In this document: one piece after another, positions 58,624-64,000 of the stretch
Layout: each line of letters begins with the position of its first letter
Numbering within the stretch: the first letter of the stretch is position 1
IMG/VR virus record: IMGVR_UViG_3300021962_000038
Length of the DNA: 64,000 bases
Source: an uncultured virus (IMG/VR IMGVR_UViG_3300021962_000038)
Lineage: Duplodnaviria; Heunggongvirae; Uroviricota; Caudoviricetes
Reading direction: 5' to 3' (one strand)
Position numbers and translations under genes: made by a program
Notes under the pieces: model-generated
The model's database searches: none
The model's input: only the letters and a program-made list of their open reading frames with translations
Told to the model about the DNA's origin: nothing

Positions 58624-59451
58624 ATGGCAACATTAATTCAATTCAAAAGAAGTTCTACTCAAAGTGCTGTTCCTACAACTGGTGATTTATCACTAGGGGA
58701 ATTAGCTGTCAATACATATCACGGTAGATTTTATACCGAGAAAAATGATGGCACAGCTGCTGTTGTAGAAGTTGGATCTAATCCTTCTTCATTGACTGTT
58801 AATGATGCTTTTACTTTCCCTACAAGTGATGGTAGTTCGAACCAAATTCTTCAAACGAATGGTTCAGGAACTCTTAGTTGGGCCGATCAGCCATCAAGCG
58901 GAATAACCGTTTACACCTACACCATATCAAGTACAACTACTTCGATTACTGGTTCAGATGACAACTCTGCTACACTTTCTTATACCGCAGGTACAGAACA
59001 AGTGTATATCAACGGTGTCAAGCTCGTAGGTGGGGGTGCTGACTATACAGCTACAAGTTCTTCAACTATCACACTAACGGAAAATGCTCTTAGTGGTGAT
59101 GTTGTTGAAGTGGTTGCAATAACAAGTGCAGCTAATTTAGTACAAGGTTTCTTTACTACATTTACTGCCTCAGCAACTACTGCAGATCAGGTACTATCAG
59201 CTAATGCAGTGGCAAACAAAACAGTCAAGTATGTGATCAATGCGACACATGCTACTGCTGGAACACACGCTGCTGAAGTATTATTAATCAACGATGGATC
59301 AAATGCATATTTCGTACAATACGGTGATGTGTATTCAAGTTCATCATTGTTTAGTTTGAGTTCAGATGTAAGTGGGGGAAACATGAGATTGCTCGTGACT
59401 CCTGCCAATACTAATACAACATTTGATACATTTCAAATCAGACTTTCATAG
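58624..59451 (+). CDS. Fibre/structural protein with Mtd-N-like N-terminus
   Basis: IQFKRS..GELAVN, FP..DG..NQ.L.T.GSG.LSW, VYINGVKL. Confidence 0.78.
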   Translation: MATLIQFKRSSTQSAVPTTGDLSLGELAVNTYHGRFYTEKNDGTAAVVEVGSNPSSLTVNDAFTFPTSDGSSNQILQTNGSGTLSWADQPSSGITVYTYTISSTTTSITGSDDNSATLSYTAGTEQVYINGVKLVGGGADYTATSSSTITLTENALSGDVVEVVAITSAANLVQGFFTTFTASATTADQVLSANAVANKTVKYVINATHATAGTHAAEVLLINDGSNAYFVQYGDVYSSSSLFSLSSDVSGGNMRLLVTPANTNTTFDTFQIRLS

Positions 59452-59460
59452 GAGTAACTA

Positions 59461-59871
59461 ATGGCTAAAACAAACGCATTCAAAGTCGCTGAGTTGATTA
59501 GAGTATTGTCTTACGATACATCTAATGATGTCATTACTACTTCTAAAGAGTTGGATACAAAGCATAGAACATCTACTGCATTGACAACAACTTCTACATC
59601 TCAAGTCAACTTGGACACTTTTGCCCATGCTGACTTTAGAGCTGCTAGATATGTTATCGCAATGTCAGAAGGTGCTAACTATCATTCAACTGAAATAGTA
59701 TTAGTACATGACGGAAGCACAGTAACCATGACTCAATATGGTACATTGAAAAATAACAGTGTCGCATCTTTTGACGCTGATATCAGTGAATCAGACTTGA
59801 GACTCAGAATTACACCTGCCTCAGCAAACAGTACGACTATTAAATTCCACAGGACTTTAATAGGCGCTTAG
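59461..59871 (+). CDS. Structural protein, paralogous to the C-terminal domain of 58624-59451
   Basis: RY.I......H..E..L.HDG......QYG ... LR.TPA is shared. Confidence 0.75.
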   Translation: MAKTNAFKVAELIRVLSYDTSNDVITTSKELDTKHRTSTALTTTSTSQVNLDTFAHADFRAARYVIAMSEGANYHSTEIVLVHDGSTVTMTQYGTLKNNSVASFDADISESDLRLRITPASANSTTIKFHRTLIGA

Positions 59872-59892
59872 TAGACTTTTTTACTAAAAAGG

Positions 59893-59920
59893 AAGGGGGA
59901 CTTTATGTCCCCCTTTTTTT
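59893..59920 (+). terminator. Rho-independent terminator
   Basis: aagggggac-tttat-gtccccc followed by T7. Confidence 0.9.
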
Positions 59921-59933
59921 ACTTCTAAAATGT

Positions 59934-59941
59934 TATAAATA
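59934..59941 (+). promoter_or_regulatory. T4-type late promoter TATAAATA
   Basis: Exact consensus immediately after the terminator. Confidence 0.75.
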
Positions 59942-59967
59942 GTTATATTATTTCGGAATAACACAAT

Positions 59968-62109
59968 ATGGCAAACCAAGAAAAGTTTTTTGTAGAGTAC
60001 GGTGTAGATACAGATTCTACCACCTCATTCAAAGTGCCTGCAGGAACTACCGCACAAAGAGATGCCTCACCTGAAAGTGGACTTTTTAGATACAATACTT
60101 CAAACAATCAGTTTGAGGGATATTCAAATGGTTCGTGGGGTGAGATCGGTGGTTCTTCTTTAGGTCAAAGTTTTGATGTGGATACATTCACAGGTGATAA
60201 TTCAACCACCGCATTTACACTAGGTCGTTCAGTCAGTAGTGAAGACTATCTTATTGTCTTTATTGACGGTGTATTTCAAGCACAAGATGCTTACACACTA
60301 TCAGGTACAACTCTTACTTTAGACTCACCACCTGCAACAGGTTCATCAATCATTGCCTATTCAGTAGTACCCATTTCAGTTGCAGAGATACCAGCAGATA
60401 CAGACGACCTTACAGAAGGATCAACCAATTTATATTTCACTAATGCTAGGGTAGATAGTAGATTATCCTCAGGTAGTGTTGCAACGATAGAGACATCAGG
60501 TAATGTAACAGTTGGTGGTGATCTCTCAGTCTCAGGTGGTCTTACAGTTTCAGGTACTACAACAACAGTCAATTCAACCACCACATCTGTAACAGACTCA
60601 ATGATCGAACTTGCAAACTCAAACACAAGTTCAGATGTTATTGATATTGGTATTTACGGAAACTATGATGATGGTTTATCAGAAGGTGGTGTATCAGAAT
60701 ACACAGGTTTATTCAGAGATGCTTCAGACTCAACTTGGAAACTCTTTGATGGTTTAGAAGAAGAACCTACCACAACAGTCAACATAGCAGGAACTAATTA
60801 CGCAAAAGCTGCTTTAGAAGTTGGTGACTTAGATGCAACAACAATAACAACAACAGACATAAATTTAGAGAACACAGGTGGTAATGCTGTAATAGATATA
60901 AAAGCAAGTAACTCAGGTTTATCAAGGGTCAATCTAGGTGATACAGATGGTGCAACTAGAGGCGGTCTAAAGTACGATCATTCAGATGACAGTATGGCAT
61001 TCAGAGCAAATGGTTCTGATCAAATGACCTTGACAAATACAGGATTGGGTATAGGTGCGGATACTCCACAGCAATTGCTACATTTAAGTGCTGAAAGTCC
61101 AAATATATTATTAGAGGGAACAAATTATCCTGCTTTAAAATTTTCAGGAACAGACTATACAACTGATGCTGAGATTTATTATGGAATTGGTGCAAGTGAT
61201 TTAAATATTAATAATTATAATAACGGAATAATAGCCCTTAAAACCAATAACACAGAACGCTTAAGGATTGATAGTTCAGGCAATCTTGGCGTTGGTATAT
61301 CTACCATAGAACAACTCGGTTCAGATAGTGTATACCCAAGAATACAATCATATAGTTCTGCTACCACAGGACATTTCTGTGGTCTTATGATTGGAAGACC
61401 AAATAATCCAGGCTTAGAATCATCAATAGCATTTACTGTTGGCGGAATTATGGTTGGAAAGATACAACATGACTATGTTGCAGAAAATCATAACGATATG
61501 TCATTTCACCTTAGAGGTGCTTCAAGCAATATAGATATAGAGGTTGCAAGATATTGGGCAGGCACAGGTACCGAAACAGCGTATTTGATTGGAACCACAT
61601 CTGCTACTTTATCAGGAACGGATGATGGATTTGTATTCAAAAGTGATGGTAATAGTTCATTTGTATCAGGTACAGGTATCATGTACATGCGAAGAACTAC
61701 CTCTAATGGAACACACATTAAATTTAGAAGCACTACAAATGCTACTGTAGGTCAAATTGATTCTGATGGTTCTAATACATCTTATGTAACATCTTCAGAT
61801 TATAGATTGAAAGAAAATGTAACTTACGATTTTGATGCACTTACAAGAGTACAACAACTCAAACCTGCAAGATTTAATTTTATTGCAAATCCTGATATTA
61901 CTCAGGATGGATTCATTGCACATGAGGTACAAGACATTGTTCCTATTGCAGTTTCGGGCATAAAAGATGCAGTAGATGAAGAAGGTAATATAGAACCACA
62001 AGGTGTTGACCATAGTAAACTTGTACCGCTTCTAACAAAAGCCATCCAAGAACAACAAACCATCATTGAAAACCTCAAAGCAAGAATAGAAACATTGGAG
62101 AACGCATAA
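59968..62109 (+). CDS. Tail fibre with C-terminal intramolecular chaperone (peptidase S74)
   Basis: ERLRIDSSGN.G.G repeats; SDYRLKEN, GFIAHEVQ..P.AV, KLVPLL.KAIQEQ. Confidence 0.9.
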   Translation: MANQEKFFVEYGVDTDSTTSFKVPAGTTAQRDASPESGLFRYNTSNNQFEGYSNGSWGEIGGSSLGQSFDVDTFTGDNSTTAFTLGRSVSSEDYLIVFIDGVFQAQDAYTLSGTTLTLDSPPATGSSIIAYSVVPISVAEIPADTDDLTEGSTNLYFTNARVDSRLSSGSVATIETSGNVTVGGDLSVSGGLTVSGTTTTVNSTTTSVTDSMIELANSNTSSDVIDIGIYGNYDDGLSEGGVSEYTGLFRDASDSTWKLFDGLEEEPTTTVNIAGTNYAKAALEVGDLDATTITTTDINLENTGGNAVIDIKASNSGLSRVNLGDTDGATRGGLKYDHSDDSMAFRANGSDQMTLTNTGLGIGADTPQQLLHLSAESPNILLEGTNYPALKFSGTDYTTDAEIYYGIGASDLNINNYNNGIIALKTNNTERLRIDSSGNLGVGISTIEQLGSDSVYPRIQSYSSATTGHFCGLMIGRPNNPGLESSIAFTVGGIMVGKIQHDYVAENHNDMSFHLRGASSNIDIEVARYWAGTGTETAYLIGTTSATLSGTDDGFVFKSDGNSSFVSGTGIMYMRRTTSNGTHIKFRSTTNATVGQIDSDGSNTSYVTSSDYRLKENVTYDFDALTRVQQLKPARFNFIANPDITQDGFIAHEVQDIVPIAVSGIKDAVDEEGNIEPQGVDHSKLVPLLTKAIQEQQTIIENLKARIETLENA

Positions 62110-62110
62110 C

Positions 62111-63034
62111 ATGGCAACCACAAAGGTAACAAAAGGAGTCATTGCAGATAATGCTGTCGGTATAGATCAGTTAGATGTAACCGATGGATCAAACGGTCAA
62201 GTTCTCTCTACAGACGGTAGTGGGACATTATCGTTCACTTCTGTTACAAGTTATTCTGATTCAGCTGTAGAGACATACTTAGATAGTGGAACATCAACCC
62301 CTATTTTAGCAAATGCAACATTTGGTGGAATAATATTAAGAGATGGAAGTGGTTCTATAGGAATAAATAGAAACCCTTATAATGGTAATAGTGTTTCAGA
62401 TTCAAACTTACAAAGATTTCAAATCAATGCTCCATCAAGTGGTTCAGACTTTTTAGATTTTCAATCTTATAACAGCAGCGGAACATATACAGGTAGTTTT
62501 TATTTAAACGCTGGCAAGCTTGGTATTGGTACGAGTAGCCCAACAGATAGACTTCATGTAGTAGGAACTTCATTTTTAAATGGTAATACTTATGTTGGTT
62601 CAGGTGGTTCAGGTAATATTTATCTTAGTGCAGGAACAGGTATTTACATGGATGGCGGTACAACTTCTGCAAATCTTCTTGACGATTACGAGGAAGGTAC
62701 TTGGACTCCTAGTTTAAATGCAGGAAGTTTTAGTTCTGTAAATGCTAGATACACAAAAATAGGTAGGGTTGTTACATTAACAGTAGATGCAACAGTAGGT
62801 ACTGGTGGTGGTTCACAAATATCTAACATACCATTTACTGCTGGAAATACTACAGGAACTGCAATATACACAAGTGGTCAAGATTTTAATAGTGGAAGAA
62901 CAGTTCCAATTGTCATAGTAGGTGGTGGTTCAACTACAATGTATTTTAGAGATATAGGAGATAATGTATCTTATTTAGGATTGGCTTTAACAGCAGGTGC
63001 AGCAATTTCTTTTACTTTAACTTATGATGTGTAA
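62111..63034 (+). CDS. Tail fibre protein
   Basis: GIGTSSP..LHV, LDDYEEGTWTP, YTKIGR.V, PF. Confidence 0.85.
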   Translation: MATTKVTKGVIADNAVGIDQLDVTDGSNGQVLSTDGSGTLSFTSVTSYSDSAVETYLDSGTSTPILANATFGGIILRDGSGSIGINRNPYNGNSVSDSNLQRFQINAPSSGSDFLDFQSYNSSGTYTGSFYLNAGKLGIGTSSPTDRLHVVGTSFLNGNTYVGSGGSGNIYLSAGTGIYMDGGTTSANLLDDYEEGTWTPSLNAGSFSSVNARYTKIGRVVTLTVDATVGTGGGSQISNIPFTAGNTTGTAIYTSGQDFNSGRTVPIVIVGGGSTTMYFRDIGDNVSYLGLALTAGAAISFTLTYDV

Positions 63035-63087
63035 CATAAATTTAACTAATATACCTAGTGGATTCTAGGTAAGGAGAAAAAAATAAA

Positions 63088-63336
63088 ATGGCAATAACAA
63101 AAGAACTAATAGAAGATAAAATAGAAATCGTAGGCGATTACAAACATGTACAGGTAAGAACTGCTACAGTCATTAAAGAAGATGGCGTAGAACTTAACAG
63201 GTCTTTCCATAGACATAGCTTAAATTGCTTAGACGATATAAGTGGTGAATCTTCTGAAGTCCAAGCAATCTGCAATGCAGTATGGACTGACGAACTAAGA
63301 GCAGCTTATCAAGCACATTTAGATAGTCAAAACTAA
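63088..63336 (+). CDS. Small fibre-associated protein
   Basis: DKIEIVG..KHVQVR.AT.I.EDG.E..RSFHRH, VQAIC.AVWT; AAGGAG SD. Confidence 0.75.
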   Translation: MAITKELIEDKIEIVGDYKHVQVRTATVIKEDGVELNRSFHRHSLNCLDDISGESSEVQAICNAVWTDELRAAYQAHLDSQN

Positions 63337-63445
63337 AATCTGCATAGTTTTACAAAAAAACTTCCCAAAAACATATTGTTTGAAGAGTAAGACTTACTAA
63401 ATATATGTGTATATACCCAATAACATTTTTTAGGACACACTAAAC

Positions 63446-63679
63446 ATGGCAACACAAAACAAATTTGTTATCGAGTACGGACTTAGTGTAGGTTCTACAG
63501 AAGTAATCACATCTTCAGGTAAGATCGTTGCAGCTGCAATTTCAGACTTAGACACAGACGATCTTTCAGAAGGTTCTACAAATGTTTACTTCTCAACCTC
63601 AAGAGTCGATACTCATCTCGCAGACGGAACTGCATCAAAAACATTAAACAATGTTCAGATTGACGGAGGCACCATCTAA
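63446..63679 (+). CDS. Small structural protein ending IDGGTI
   Basis: KFVIEYGL and TDDLSEGSTN.YF motifs shared with neighbours. Confidence 0.7.
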   Translation: MATQNKFVIEYGLSVGSTEVITSSGKIVAAAISDLDTDDLSEGSTNVYFSTSRVDTHLADGTASKTLNNVQIDGGTI

Positions 63680-64000
63680 TGGCTGGAGAAAAGAACTTTG
63701 TAGTCAAGAACGGACTCTCTATCGGAACAACAGAGGTAATAACCTCTTCAGGTAAAGTTACATCTGCAGCTTTATCATCAAACACTGATTTCACAGAACA
63801 GGTACAAGATATTGTCGGTGCTTTTATCACAGGAACAGGGTCAACAACAGTAACCTACAACGATGCTGGTGATGCACTTACAATCTCATCAACAGGTAAA
63901 ACCGAAGAAGAAATCCAAGATATCGTTGGTGCTCAGTTAGTAACCAACGGTTCACATACAAACATTACTGCATCTTACGATGATGCAGGAGACGGTGCAG
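63679..64000 (+). CDS. Fibre/structural protein, truncated by the window end
   Basis: TAATG coupling; MAGEKNFVVKNGLSIG..., repeated E.VQDIVGA. Open to the end of the window. Confidence 0.75.
   Translation, partial: MAGEKNFVVKNGLSIGTTEVITSSGKVTSAALSSNTDFTEQVQDIVGAFITGTGSTTVTYNDAGDALTISSTGKTEEEIQDIVGAQLVTNGSHTNITASYDDAGDGA

Noticed and set aside
57000..63034. Diversity-generating retroelement suggested by Mtd-like N-termini
   Set aside because: No reverse transcriptase and no TR/VR pair differing at adenines was seen in the window.
1..64000. Stop-codon reassignment
   Set aside because: Core genes are full length in the standard code and TAA, TAG and TGA all terminate genes.

Overview
This is a 64 kb AT-rich segment of a T4-like (Tevenvirinae/Kyanoviridae-style) marine-type myovirus. 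The E. coli-like S21 sequence and the RimK-protease fusion suggest a gammaproteobacterial host (inference). 1-21 kb holds early and accessory genes behind sigma70-type promoters: 2OG-Fe(II) oxygenases, a split carbamoyltransferase, IscA, a RimK-protease fusion, RNase H, a radical SAM/kinase/nucleotidyltransferase/SDR cluster, an amino-MTase, a PD-(D/E)xK nuclease, a cell-wall hydrolase and a DenV-like glycosylase. 21-25.7 kb holds the replication and late-transcription core (exonuclease, gp33, gp59, gp32) plus ribosomal protein S21. 25.7-31 kb (minus strand) holds a tape-measure-like gene, gp51/gp26, gp54, gp2 and gp4. 31-64 kb holds baseplate genes (gp48, 53, hub, 5, 25, 6, 7, 8), a VrlC-like protein and many fibre genes behind TATAAATA late promoters. 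The top finding is two separate genes (53280-54479 and 54682-55407) whose irregular proline-spacing patterns are exact mirror images over 189 residues, implying a two-chain antiparallel beta-zipper fibre. Other findings are a probable programmed -1 frameshift fusing gp26 to gp51, a codon-pair signature of GCC-context DNA modification, leaderless transcripts, a translation-hijack set (S21, a structured leader, an ArfA-like peptide, RimK-RimB) and several candidate structured RNAs. All family calls are by motif recognition; no database searches were run.
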